DNA of 64,000 nt from Sphyrna mokarran (lineage: Eukaryota). Of the stretch, positions 1 to 12,216 are shown piece by piece. A model generated the notes under the pieces. It had not been told where the DNA came from and ran no database searches. It saw only the letters and a program-made list of their open reading frames with translations. Position 1 is the first letter of the stretch; each line of letters opens with the position of its first letter. A program made the translations under genes and the position numbers. The DNA lies in assembly GCA_024679065.1 (NCBI GenBank), contig JAGIQG010000015.1:28210001-28274000 (forward strand), written 5' to 3'.

Positions 1-136
1 CTTGACAGTTTGGCGTGTGGGGCCCTGGAATTCGGACATGTCCCTAAAAGCGGTGGGTAGTTTTTCAGATTATCGATCCCAGCAGCAGGCACGTAGTCAG
101 ATTCACAGAGCGGGGGTAAGGATCAGCCTGAGGTAC

Positions 137-192
137 CTCTGCAGCTCCGACACGATGGCTCGGATATCGATGGTGTTGAAACGCGACTTCAT
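137..192 (-). CDS. NEMF: NEMF (ribosome quality control factor, Rqc2 homolog), first coding exon; gene continues off the left edge
   Basis: Minus strand reads ATG AAG TCG CGT TTC AAC ACC ATC GAT ATC CGA GCC ATC GTG TCG GAG CTG CAG AG|gtacct = MKSRFNTIDIRAIVSELQ, matching the vertebrate NEMF N-terminus (MKSRFSTIDLRAVLAEL). Phase-2 GT donor, CpG-rich context. Confidence 0.9.
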
Positions 193-300
193 CTTCAGCG
201 CCTGTTGGTGCCTCTAGCGCCGTCTGCGCACGCGCCAAACTCCTACGGCGAAGGAGTGAATCAAACACTCTGGACCGCGATCGCTTAACTCAAAATATTC
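193..300 (-). promoter_or_regulatory. CpG-rich 5'UTR/promoter of NEMF
   Basis: High CpG density (gcgccgtctgcgcacgcgcc, ccgcgatcgc) directly upstream of the ATG, then an abrupt shift to AT-rich DNA. Confidence 0.65.
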
Positions 301-989
301 TAGGATCCTCCTAAACTATTCTATATCTAAACATTCACTGTTTCTATTGTAGATTATTTTTTAAAAATTGCCTTAATTGCACATGTAAGATATTTACATT
401 TTTCTTTCAATTACATTCTAAAGGGAGAAAAAAGAAGTGTCACAAGTGTATTCAACATCTTTCTCCTCAAAATAGCTCCAAAGGACCATTCTCACTTGGT
501 TACCAACAGAAGGCAAAATCCTATATTTTCTTCTTATTTTGCACTGCAACTCTTGGATTATAGTTCCCCCTCTCCCAACATTCATTTATTGGCTAGCTTT
601 TTTACATGCTGGTTGCCCTCCAGAAACATTAACCACAGTCAAGGGATCTCTCCACATCTGGTCACCACCACTTTTAACACCACAATCGCTTTTATTGTCA
701 GACTTCATCCAGATTCAAACCTTGGATATGCCAGAACTCATTCCGACTGAAAGCAAGCTGAACAGAGAATTTTTCAGCCCCTATCTTAACTTCACACTCT
801 GGCTGCTATGTGCCATCCTATTTCCCAGCTGTACAGCACCTTCATGCGTGAAAGTGGAACACTGAGCTAGAACAAACCATGACCTTGTAACAAAGGTGGC
901 TTAAAGGGCTCCCACTGATTCTATTTCATAGGGAACCTGAAGCAAGCAGTTCACATCTCTGTGCTTTGACCAAACAAGATCAAAAAGTA

Positions 990-1395
990 ATATTTGCATT
1001 TATTTCATACTTTTCATGACCAATGAATATTTCAAAGCATTTTACAGCCGATTAAGTACTTTTTGAAGTGTGGTCAGTGTTGTAAAGGAGGCAAAACAGC
1101 AGCTAATTCGCACTCTGCAAATTCTTACAAACGACAATATTTTATATGTCAGCTGAGGGATATATATTGACCAGGATAACAGGGTTAGCTCCCTGGTGTT
1201 CTTCTTTGAAATAGTGCCATCAGAATCTTTATTCCCAACTGAGTAGGCATATGGAACCTAAGTTTAACATGTGAGATAATGCCACTGATGGTAGAATGTT
1301 CCCCTTGAAGCAGTGAAGTGCCAGCATTGATTGCTGTGCTCAAGCTGTGGAGTGGGATTTGAAACTGACTACCAGCTGTTCTATGGCTGACACAA
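990..1395 (-). mobile_element. Old degraded SINE-like repeat
   Basis: Shares motifs with 19170-19370/20443-20550 (tattgaccaggata...ctcttctttgaaatagtgccat; gggatttgaa). Confidence 0.45.
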
Positions 1396-1506
1396 AATCT
1401 GAAATGAATGTCAAAACCCATACTGGATCACCAAAGTTATTTGCTTCCATCATCTGAAGCAAGTCTCACCACCACAGTACATCTCTACCTACTTTTGTAA
1501 CAACAG

Positions 1507-2383
1507 ACTTCCACAGTCACTTCAAGGGATAATTATTATGGAACTGATGTCACATTTAGATCAAAACAGGCAACCATGGCAGGTTTCCTTTCCTAAGCAA
1601 GTCAGTGAACCAGTTGAGTTTTGAGGACAATTCAACAAACTCATGGATATATTTACCAGCTTTTTCTTTGCTAGATTTATAAGGTGAGTTCAAGTTCTCA
1701 AATTGCCATAGTTGGATTTGAACTTGTGCTCTAATTGAGATTATGAATGCTAATCTCTGGATTACTGGTTATCACTACATTACTTTACACATTTGTACTT
1801 ATGGATGCGGAAAAGTTATAAATGTCCTCCTTGGTTCTGCTCTGCATTAAACTTATCAAAGATTCTATCAGCAGCTAACTGTACCACAGTAAGTTCTGTC
1901 TGTTTTTCATCCCTGTTCTCACTGATCCTCATGAACATCTTGTTTTCCAATATATTGAATTAAAAATTCTTATCCCATTTACAATTCCCTCATCTCCTTG
2001 CTTCACTTTATCTTTGAAACCACCTGCACACCTACATGTCAGTCCCTGTCCTTCATTCCTCCAATCCTGGTCTCCTTTCCCATATCCATAAGTACAAATG
2101 TGTAAAGTAATGTAATGGTAATCAGTAATCCAGAGATCAGCACTCATAATCTCAATTAGAGCATGAGTTCAAATCCAACTATGGCAATTTGAGAACTTGA
2201 ACTCACCTTATAAATCTAGCAAAGAAAACTCTGGTAAATATATCCATGAATTTCTTAAATTGTCCTCAAAATTCAACTGGCTTACTGACTTGCTTCGGAA
2301 AGGAAACCTGTCATGGTTACCTGTTTTGATATAAATGTGACATTAGTTCCACAATAATTATCCCCTGAAGTGACAGAGAAAGC
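1507..2383. repeat. Inverted duplication, arms ~1507-1810 and ~2079-2383, ~270-bp spacer; arms mostly an old tRNA-derived SINE
   Basis: ctttgctagatttataaggtgagttcaagttctcaaattgccatagttggatttgaact (~1665-1723) is the reverse complement of agttcaaatccaactatggcaatttgagaacttgaactcaccttataaatctagcaaag (~2166-2224); similarity runs the full arm length. Confidence 0.9.
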
Positions 2384-2859
2384 CTATTGTATCAAATCGC
2401 TACAAGGAATTCAAAAGATTCACTTCTTTATGCAATCATTGTTATTGTTGTTCTATTGTTAGACAATGGGTATGGGATTTCTTTCTTAGTCAGACTGAAG
2501 ACACATTACTAATCCATGGTTTCTGCTTAACACTTGTTTATTGTATTACATCTGAACAGGTTACAGATTAAGCATGTTGCTCTTGGGCATGATTCCAGCC
2601 TCTTTCTCTTGACTAACACATGACTGATTTCAGCAGCACATCATCATCTAAGTAACAAATTAGTGTATGCCGTCTGCTAACCCTTTATACTACACTTCCC
2701 CTGAAATATGCTATCCTACTTTTTAGCAACAACATGAAACTAAATCTTTAATTATTTACATTACATTTCTGTAACTCCCATTTTACAACAACAGATTTTA
2801 GCCAACTCCAACTCTTGCCCTTCCCCTTCCCATAGGAAAGATGCTTCAGAGGCACGAAA

Positions 2860-3600
2860 ATTTTCTTCAGCATCTGGTAGGACACAATCATATTGCAATG
2901 TAAGTGCACCACGATAGCTCCATCGACTACACCTTCCACCACTTTGGTAATGATCAGGACTTCATCTGCACCAGATCAGTGAGGCAGTCACTCATACGTA
3001 TATTGACATGGGCTGATCCATTTGTGACAGGTTGATAGGTAAGAGCAAGTCCTAGTAGTTTTTTCCCACTCTTGTTGATTTCATCATCACCTGTTGCAAA
3101 TCCAGTCTGGCAGTTCTGTCCTTAGCCAGTTTGACTTTCTGTGGTGTAACCAAGAGTACATTCTGTGCCCTTGCCATCCTCACTGCTTTCTCCACCTTTT
3201 GTTCAACAAGGAGGAATCCTGATTCATCAGTCAGATAGAGCAGTAGTTGATAATCAATAGGATGTTTCATTGCCCATCTTTGACCTGAATCCATGAGACT
3301 TTGTCGAATATGAAGACACCTTTGAGGAATTCCAGGGCAACTTCTTCCTGACTGTATACCAATGATACCATCTCTGTTAGATCTGTCCTTTTGGTGGGAC
3401 AGGGCATACCCAGGGATGATAATCATGATGTCTGGGATATCAGTTGTATTGTATAATTTGGTGAGAATGACTATGTCAGGCTGTTGCTTAAGTAATCTGT
3501 GAGGTAGTTCTTTCAATTGTTGGTACAAGCATTATATGGGTCTGAAGATATATGTAGGTCAGAACAGGTAAAGACAGCAGATTTCATTCCCCAAAGGACA
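2860..3600 (-). mobile_element. Old CR1/L2-like LINE, endonuclease-region remnant
   Basis: ORF 3052-3528 has QQPDIVILT...IPGYALSHQKDRSNRDG, resembling a LINE APE-endonuclease N-terminus; similar sequence at 61680-61860. Confidence 0.65.
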
Positions 3601-6600
3601 TTATAATAAAACTTGGCTCTGAATTTGTCACACTACTTGCACTAGAAAGTTGCACTATTCATCAGTGGGATAACATATAAGTTATCTGAATATGTTAATT
3701 AATACTTGAACAGGTGTAGATTCTAGCATAACTTACATGGAAAACATTTAAGCCACTGAAATTTGCTCCTGGATTGCTTCAGAGAGAATTGTAACCATTA
3801 ATTAACATAACAATATTTGATTGGATAGAAATGGTTGTCATTAGATATTCCACAATGACTAATCACTTACCTAAGTAATCACATAGTTACTAAATACAGT
3901 TCACAAGTGAAGAAGCCTAACTCACTCACAAGAAAATTATGAAGAAAATACTTCTGAGGGGTGAAATAAAAATCATATTCAACAATTTCTTTTGCAGTGT
4001 TCCTTTTACATATTTGGTCTTGTTTCATTTTATTGTATCACCAACTTCCACTAAACTCGCATTTTAGCAGTGAAGTTTTAATTCAATAAAGTGCACTATA
4101 TTATAAGGAATCAAATATTGTGAAATAGCAACTGTACTATATTATAATTGCTGAGTATTGGCCTCTGTCATAGTGAGAACGTGTGCCAAGATTACAATAA
4201 TTTTTTTTCTGTTTTGATGATTAGAAAATCATTACTAATGAAATTTGCTATGTTTTCTTTGTCTTTATTATTTTACTTGATGTCTTGAGCCCTCACATTA
4301 TCATACTATTTGCAGTTGTGAGATATTTCAGCATTGCTACATATTCTGTTAAATGAGATTTCAGTTTTGTATAGATATTTTAATATAAAGACATCCCATG
4401 GTCCAAGAATCTAAGTAAAGGTTAAAAACAGCTATGCCATTGTCATAAATCTCTGTAGCACAAATATGTTAAATATACAATATTGACATAAAGAAACCTC
4501 AACAATAGTTACTAGTTGCTGTTGCTATGGTTGCAGTGAACATTACTTTGTGGTGACAAGCACAGTTTGGTTTTATTTTGAACTGTCAATGGCTGTGCTT
4601 ATGGAAAAGTAGTTTATCCAGGCTATTTAAATTAATTTTGCATCCACTCATCTGATAGGAACCAAGCTACATTAGGTCACTGTTTGCTTTCAGACTTGGA
4701 ACATATCCTGTTCTGGTTGGGTCAATCCTAAACTCCAGAACAGCATTTCCTCTTTAATCCATTCAAAATATGTTTAGCATGATCTAAACATTTTAAATTA
4801 ATTCAAGGAGAAAATGAAAACAACAAAATGTACTGGAGTTAAATATATACAATATACTGAAATCATTATATTAAAAATCTCCTCGTATTTCATTGAAAAT
4901 TAGAAAGCAACTTGAGGTTACCCAATATGATTATATATATAAAATGGTTAGAATTTGCAGAAGGGTATCTGGAAGTGAGTGCTGTGCATAAGATTTCCTT
5001 TTTTATTCCTCAATTCAAATGAGTTTTGTGTTGCAAATTGATGGAAATGAAATTGAAAATAGGAGGGTGAACACACCAGGGAATCTGAGATCTTGTTGCA
5101 CTATTGACAAGTATTAGGGGGAACTGCAGTCAGATTTAAATACAGAAAGAAAATAATAAAGATTAGAAAAGATAGATATGGTTAAGATGGAAAAATTAAA
5201 CAGAATGGAAAAGAAAAAATAAAATTTAAATAGAAACTAACTTCTTTAGGAACAATTTACTACCTCCAGAAATGCAACATGATAGTTTCAGTTGTTCCCC
5301 TCCTGGGCATTAATGTTAAGAGGCACATCAGGATCATAATCCATCCTTTATAAGAATCAACAGTCCAAGTTCTCTACAGCCATCTTAATTTGTATTTATA
5401 ATGGCAATTTAAAATCTGTGGGTCAATGGTTTTGTCACTGGGTGATGGTATGTGTCACAATGGTATTGCCACTGATTAGCTTATTGTGAAGAGGCAGTTG
5501 AGTATCAGTACACAGTCTCTGCATCACCAAAATTCACTGTAGTCCCTCCCAACAATGACAAAGAACAACTAGGCACCCCACAGTCCGGGTTAAACTGCAG
5601 GGGGTCTTGGAAGAAGCTTGGTCCCCAAAGGTGTGATTTACAGGTGTGAACACACCCTGGCATCTATAAGCAGGTCCTAGTTAAGGGTAAAAATGGTACC
5701 CTCTGCTATGTGGGTCTGGCTCAGGAAGGTCTGGCTCCCATGAATGGGAGGCTATAGATGGCTCGTGATCCTTTTAAACAAACACTTTAATATGGTTTTG
5801 ACAACCTAATTACTTTATCTCCATTTTCTCACTTGCTGCTTCTGTTGATAGCATCCTTTTGTCCATAGTCCTGTCTATTTGTACTTCTCATTCCACATTT
5901 CTCTCACTTCCCCTTCACCTAATCTGTCTATTGTTGGCCATCACTTTTTGTCTATTATTTACACCCCTAAATAGTGTAAGTATATTGTCAGGGGATGAGG
6001 TCTCACACTCTGTTTTCTATAAAATTCTATATTTCATAATGGCTATTGTATAATTTTAAAAAACAAATAATTTAAAAAGACTGAAGTCATGACTGGCTAT
6101 GATTCAGACAAAAATAACTTTCTGGTATTCGGAGAATACCTCTGAAAACACGCCAATGACAAAATGAGGTGCAGAAGACCAACTTTCAAGGGAATTATAC
6201 AAAAGGCTATTCACATTTCTTAAATAAGGCCTGGCCAAAGGAGACTCCTAATCTGCTATGGCAATGGACCTTGAAACCCCAACTGAAATTCTTATTGACT
6301 GAAACATCAACTATCTCAAGTGTCAGACTAAGAAATATACATTATTTGTCAAAGACAAAATGGAGAAGTGGGAATCATTTTATATGACCATACCCCTCAA
6401 GTTGGAATAATCAGTTATACTCTCTTGCGGTACTGCCAATGAGTCTGCCATCTTCCATCAAGCATACAGTAGATCAAAAAAAGGGCTCTGTCCGAGGTAA
6501 AAGCCTGAATCTGACTATGCTGTTCTGTCTGAAACCTCTGTACCAGCGTCAAAACTAGTTTGCTTCCATGCACCTGTCTAGTTGTAGAAGTCATGTCTAA

Positions 6601-7801
6601 TTGAAAAGCGGATTATCCAGCATTAATATCAGTCTGCTGACCCCTGTAAAGGAATACACCATCGGATTTTTGATTCTACTTTCTGGTTTCTTGTGAAACA
6701 ATTATTTTCTGTGGTAATGAAATTTCTTTTCATTATCTCTGGTTTACTGTATGAATGCCAAAACAGAGAGGGTGCACCCCCCATTTTGAGTGCGTACAAA
6801 ATAAAGTAACCCTGTGATTTTACCCTATCTGCAGTTTGCTATAGGATCATTATATAAATTGAACCACACCAAAACCAAGGGGTTGGGAGAATACACCACT
6901 GCTTAAAAAGGGGGAAATAAAATCATAAACACCTTTCTGTTCACCGACGGTTGGTGCGATCAAAGCCCTCCTATCGGTAGCAATATAGAGAAAGAAATTG
7001 AACCATACTGTCACTTTGTCCTAATCTATTCTGGTATATAGGGTACGGCTACTGCTGTACTAAGAAAACAGCATATATACACCATTATACTTATATGCAT
7101 TTTAAGTAATCGCACTTGTATTATTGCATAGATAATTTTCGGTCATTTGACTGGGAAACCAGAGAAAAGCATAGAACTGGGTCTTGAATTACGCACTTGA
7201 ACGGATATCACACAAAGTCAAAACTGCAAGTTTTCTATGTTGAATCGCTGCCAAGTTTACTCGAGAAAATTAACTGAAATAATGCATGCCAGCACTTTCT
7301 TTAATTGAATAGTTTTAATCAACCCGATTACTCCATTGCATTCATTTGCTGAATGCCATTCCGTCTGGTGGTTCCACTCAGATGTTTTTGAAATCCACTC
7401 CAGGTTGCTTCGTGTTACATTTGTTTTGGCACAAAGCCATCTATCTGTAAAGCTAGCGACTGAAAAGTGTTGGAACAAATGACGTGATCAGTGTTTCTGA
7501 AGTTCAGAAAAAGCAACTGAAGCACTAACATATATTTGAAAGAGTAAGTCTATGAGCATTTCAACCATTATACATTCCCTCAATTTGAAACTTTATATTT
7601 GGAGACTAGTGCTTTAAATTGGAGGGGAAAAAAACTTGTGGTCAAAATCTCCTAGAAACCGAAGTAAACAAATTGCAGAATCGGCGGCAATCCCGCCTCC
7701 CGCACCTCTACCCCCCCCCCCCCCCCCCCACGTCCCCCAGCCACCACCACCACATTGGGGATTACGTGCGACCGATTTGGAGTACAATAATCATATTCGG
7801 G

Positions 7802-7910
7802 ATGACAAATATGTTAGACTTGTTGAACGATGAGACTCTTAGAGGAAAACCTCATTACAATCAAAAGATGCTAGTTCATTTCACATTCGGCGATCTACTC
7901 AGAGCTAAAG
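7802..7910 (+). other. Candidate first coding exon of an unidentified gene (MTNMLDLLNDETLRGKPHYNQKMLVHFTFGDLLRAK)
   Basis: ATG in a locally CpG-enriched non-repeat region; open frame ends at a strong donor AAG|gtaaga (phase 1). No homology recognised. Confidence 0.35.
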
Positions 7911-8194
7911 GTAAGACAGTATTTTCATTCTTACCGAATATTGTGAAAACAAAGATAATTGTAAATGATTTAAGACGATCGGCCGTCCCTTTCTTTCGCT
8001 TGTCTTTTTTTATGCTCATCCACTTTTGGATTTAAAAAAAACACGTACACAATGCGTGTCGAAAAACTATTTTTAATGACATTTATCTCAAACAGACGGA
8101 AATACAGAGGGAATATCAACCCTTAAGTTGAATAGAGCTTTGGTCAGACTCCAGAGAACTGCGTTTAGTTTTGGACAGGGGGCAGAAGGCAAGA

Positions 8195-8372
8195 CATAAA
8201 AGCGAAATACTGTGACCCCGCAAATCTGAAATAAAAACGAAGCGCTGGAAATACTCAGCTGGTCTGACAGGATCTGTATATTGAGTTATATTGGACTAAA
8301 ATGTTTACTCCGTTTCCTTCTCCAGACATGCTGTCGAACCTACTTTCCAGTGTTTCCGGCACTTTCTTTTTT
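8195..8372. mobile_element. Degenerate hairpin repeat, probably Penelope pseudo-LTR derived (family B)
   Basis: gctggaaatactcagctggtctgacaggatctg is followed by inverted-like cagacatgctgtcgaacctactttccagtgtttcc; related copies at 14420, 44560/45165 and 62912. Confidence 0.5.
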
Positions 8373-8590
8373 TACCTCAGCAAGGGCATGATGAACTTGC
8401 GGAGTGGGTACAGTACAAATTTACTAGAATGTTATCATGAGATAAAGGGTTAAATTTTGAGGACATTTTCCATAAAATTAGCTTTTACACCCTTGAGGTT
8501 AGCATATGTAGAGAAGATCCAACAGATGACAAAGGGATTTGATACAGTAGATATTTCTTTGCTGGGAGATCTCCAATAAAAGAGCATAAT

Positions 8591-9345
8591 TGTTGTGATG
8601 TTAGTGTACCTATAAGAGATTTTTTAAAAATCATGATCTTTGCAGCTTTCACGATCAGTGTTTCTCAATTCATACTTTAGCTGATGTCATTATGTTGCCA
8701 GGCTGGCTACAATGAGTCCTTTTATTGCTACTTAAATGGCTTAAATGGGGTTGTTTGTGTTGTTTGTGTGGGATTCATTTTATGATCCTGCATTATTAGG
8801 AGAATGGTCAGGTGTTTTTGAACCTTTTTTCAGTGAATTTAAGGTTTCATTTTTAGTTCTGACTGCAGGTTTTAGTTTCGGAAGGGACAGCAAGCTAAAA
8901 CGAAGTGTTTCCCTCTCTTCCTGGTGTTTTGAGAAGCTATTTTATATTCAAACTGTTCAAACTGAATTCAGAGAAATGCAGATTTCAACCAAAGGACTCA
9001 AATTCCCTTATCACATGAACAATAGGCTTCACTGTATTTAATTTGTTTAAAGGGTCTTGACTATGGCAGGGGTTTTGGTTTGACTAGAACACATCAGATA
9101 TCTTTGTTCAGGTTTATACATTATAGTAGTTATTTTGCTTCTTGTTTATAATTGATAGAAGTTCTTACTCATTTTCTTACCATACATGTTGACTATATTT
9201 TTAAATAAACTTTGTTTGATAAAAGCTCCCAAGTGGGAGCTTGAATCATACCTGAAGTGAAACATCCTAGCCAAATCAAGCTGCAAAACTTATTATTCAG
9301 GTGGACTTCATAAAAACTTTGGAGTTTCTGACCTGAACAATTACA
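8591..9345 (+). mobile_element. Possible solo LTR inside an old CR1 3' fragment
   Basis: Starts TGTTGTGA, ends TTACA, has an internal AATAAA; degraded CR1-like sequence on both sides. Confidence 0.3.
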
Positions 9346-9517
9346 TTATAATATTAAGCCAACTCAGAAAGCACACTTCCAAACAAAGGGTAGTGTAAAC
9401 ATAGAACTCCGTTCTCCAAAAACATTGTGGATGCTGAGTTAATTTAAATTTGCAGAACTGAAATCAGTATATTTTGTTAGGGAAGGATATGGTACAAAGT
9501 TGCTTAATGATTTTGAG

Positions 9518-9680
9518 TCCAAAGAGGTGCAAGTTAGGTGGATTGGCCATGCTAAATTCACCCTAATGTCAGGGGGATTAGCAGGGTAAACTCGTGGGGT
9601 TACAGATTTAGGGCCTGGGATTGTGTTCAGCATAGACTCAATGGGTTGAATAGCCGCTTTCTGTACAGTAGGGATTCTAC
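9518..9680 (+). mobile_element. HE1-like SINE, 3' part
   Basis: gtccaaagaggtgcaagttaggtggattggccatgctaaatt...ctgtacagtagggattcta, matching the other copies. Confidence 0.75.
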
Positions 9681-9769
9681 AGGTGGAGATCAGACATGAT
9701 CCAACTGAAAGCAGAACCAGCTGAAAGGGATGAGTGACTTAGGCTTGTTCTTATGATTGTTTTGGAATA

Positions 9770-11080
9770 ATAGAATGGTTACAGCACAGAAGAAGACCTT
9801 TAATCCTGTTGTGTCCATGCCAGTGCTCTGCCAATCCCACTCTCCACTCTTATCCCATAGCCCAGTACTTTTTCTATTCAGGTGCTTATCTAATTCCCCT
9901 TTGAAAGCCATGATTGAATCTGCATCCACCATGTTCACAGATAGTGCTTTCTAGGTTCTAATCATTCACTGAGTAAAAAGGTTCTTTCTCATGTTACTGT
10001 TGCTTTTTTTGCCAATCGTTTTAAATCAGTGTCCTTTGGTTCTTGATTCTTAAGCCAACAGTTTTTCCCTATCTGCTATGTCCAGACTCCTCATGATAAT
10101 TAACACACCTATCAAATCTCCTGTTAGACATCTATTCCAATCCATCCATGTAACAGAAGTTTCTCATCCCTGGAATCATTCTTGCTTATCTTTGCTGCTC
10201 TCTCTCTGAAACCTTCATATATTCCCTGAAGTGCAGTACCCAGAATTGGGCAATTAACCTATTTGAGGCCAGTGTTTTATAAAGCTTCATTATAACTTCC
10301 TTGCATTTGTAATCTCTGCCTCTTTTATAAAGCCCATATGTCTCTTTAATGACTTTCTCAACCTACTCTAGATTTATGCACAATTATCCAGGTCTTTCTG
10401 TTCCTGCATCCTTTAGAATTATACCTTTCATTTTATATTGTATCTCTGCATTATTTCTACCAAATGCAATACTTCATTTTGTCTGTATTAAACTTCATTA
10501 CCCAATCCAAGGCCTGTATACATCCTCCTGAAATCTATCACTATCTTCTCACAATTTACAATGTTTACAAGTTGTGCATAATCTGCAAATTTTGATGTAG
10601 TTCCTGTTACATCTGATGTAAATCAGGAAAAAGTAGTTCTAGTGCCTGAGGAAAACCTCTCGTATTATTTCCTCCTGTCTGTAAAACAGCTGTTCACCAC
10701 TATTGTGTTCCCTGTCACTCAATCAATTTCATATCCTGCTGCCATGTTCCTTTTTATTCCATGGCCTTCAACTTTGCTGGCATGCCCACTACATGGCTTA
10801 TTATTATTCATGTTTTCTTCAGACAGCTATGTAGATCATGTCAACTGCATTACCCTCATCAAACGTTTGTTACCTCACCAAAATATTCATATCAAGTTTG
10901 TTAAAGATGTTTTGCCTTTAATAAATCTATGTTGGCTTTCCTTAATTAAATCCATTCATCCAATTGATTGTTAGTTTTTTCTTGTATCATCTTTTCTCAA
11001 GGCTTTCCCACCACCAAAATCAAACTGGCAGACCTGTCTGTAATTACTGGATTTATTATTAAATAGCCTATTTGAACATG
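9770..11080 (-). mobile_element. Degraded CR1-like LINE (RT and 3' end)
   Basis: Minus-strand MVDADSIMAFKGELDKHL resembles the CR1 ORF2 C-terminus; decayed RT motifs follow. Confidence 0.7.
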
Positions 11081-11197
11081 TTATATTTTATTATTTCTAA
11101 GATACCTTGCATATTCCTCATTTTTAAACAATGTAGTTAAAATACAGAAACTGAAATAAAGCTGATTTAATTAATTTATTCATTTAAATTATTCACT

Positions 11198-11508
11198 GGG
11201 GTTAGCACTGCTGCCTCATAGCGCCAGGGTCTTGGGTTCGATTCCTGGCTTGAGTCACTGTCAGTTTGGAGGTTGCATATTTTCTCTATGTCTGCTTGTG
11301 TTTCCTCTGGGTGCTCTGGTTTCCTCCCATAGTCCAAAGATGTGCAGGTTAGGTGGATTGGCCATGTTAAATTGCCCCTTGGTGTCAGGGGGACTAGCTA
11401 GGATAAATGCATAGGGTTATGGGGATAGCACCTGGGTGGAATTTTGGTCAATGCAGACTCAATGGGCCAAATGGCTTCCTTCTGCACTGTAGGATTCTAT
11501 GATACTAT
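11198..11508 (+). mobile_element. HE1-like tRNA-derived V-SINE
   Basis: tRNA-like head ggttagcactgctgcctca...gggttcgattcc, V-domain-like core, and a LINE-like tail ending attctatga. Confidence 0.85.
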
Positions 11509-11564
11509 GAACATTTCAAATGAATTAGATTTAAAATGTGCAGCTTGAAATTATCTATAATTAC

Positions 11565-12216
11565 ATAGAACATAGAACATTACAGCGCAGAACAGGCCCT
11601 TCGGCCTTTGATGTTGTGCCGACCAATTAGGAAAAAGCAATGACCCTCTAACCTAAACCATTCTCTTTTCATCCATAAACTTATCTACTAACCTCTTAAA
11701 CGCCACCAAACTTGGCGCATCTACAACTGCAGCAGGCAGGGCATTCCATTCCCTTACCACCCTCTGGGTAAAGAACCTACCTCTGACATCTGTCCTATAA
11801 CTACCACCCCTTAATTTAAAGCTATGTCCCCTCGTGCTAGCTTTCTCCATCATAGGAAAAAGGCTATCACTGTCCACCCTATCTAAACCTCTAATCATCT
11901 TATATGTTTAAATAAGGTCTCCTCTTAGCTGCCTTCTTTCTAACGAAAACAACCTCAAATCCCTCAGCCTCTCTTCATAAGACCTGCCTTCCATACCAGG
12001 CAACATCCTGGTAAACCTCCTCTGTACCCTCTCCAATGCCTCTACATCTTTCTTATAATGTGGGGACCAGAACTGTACACAATACTCCAAGTGCAGCCGC
12101 ACTGGAGTTTTGTACAGTTGCAACATGACGTTGTGGCTCCGAAATTCAATCCCCCTACCAATAAAAGCTAAGACTGTGTATGCCTTCTTAACAACCTTAT
12201 CGACTTGATTGCCAAC
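11565..12216 (-). mobile_element. Young CR1/HER1-like LINE, 5'-truncated (subfamily A)
   Basis: LEYCVQFWSPHYKKDVEALERVQRRFTRM; (atgttct)n tail; near-identical to 33310-33985 and 52040-52685. Confidence 0.95.

Noticed and set aside
2-268. ORF-track ORFs 2-217 (+) and 65-268 (-)
   Set aside because: They are antisense or out of frame relative to the real NEMF exon 1.
7619-8035. 138-aa proline/histidine-rich ORF as a single-exon gene
   Set aside because: It starts at TTG, the poly-Pro comes from a C homopolymer, and the frame runs through a strong splice donor at 7911.
11198-11260. tRNA genes at SINE heads
   Set aside because: Only degenerate A/B-box heads attached to SINE bodies; no complete cloverleaf.
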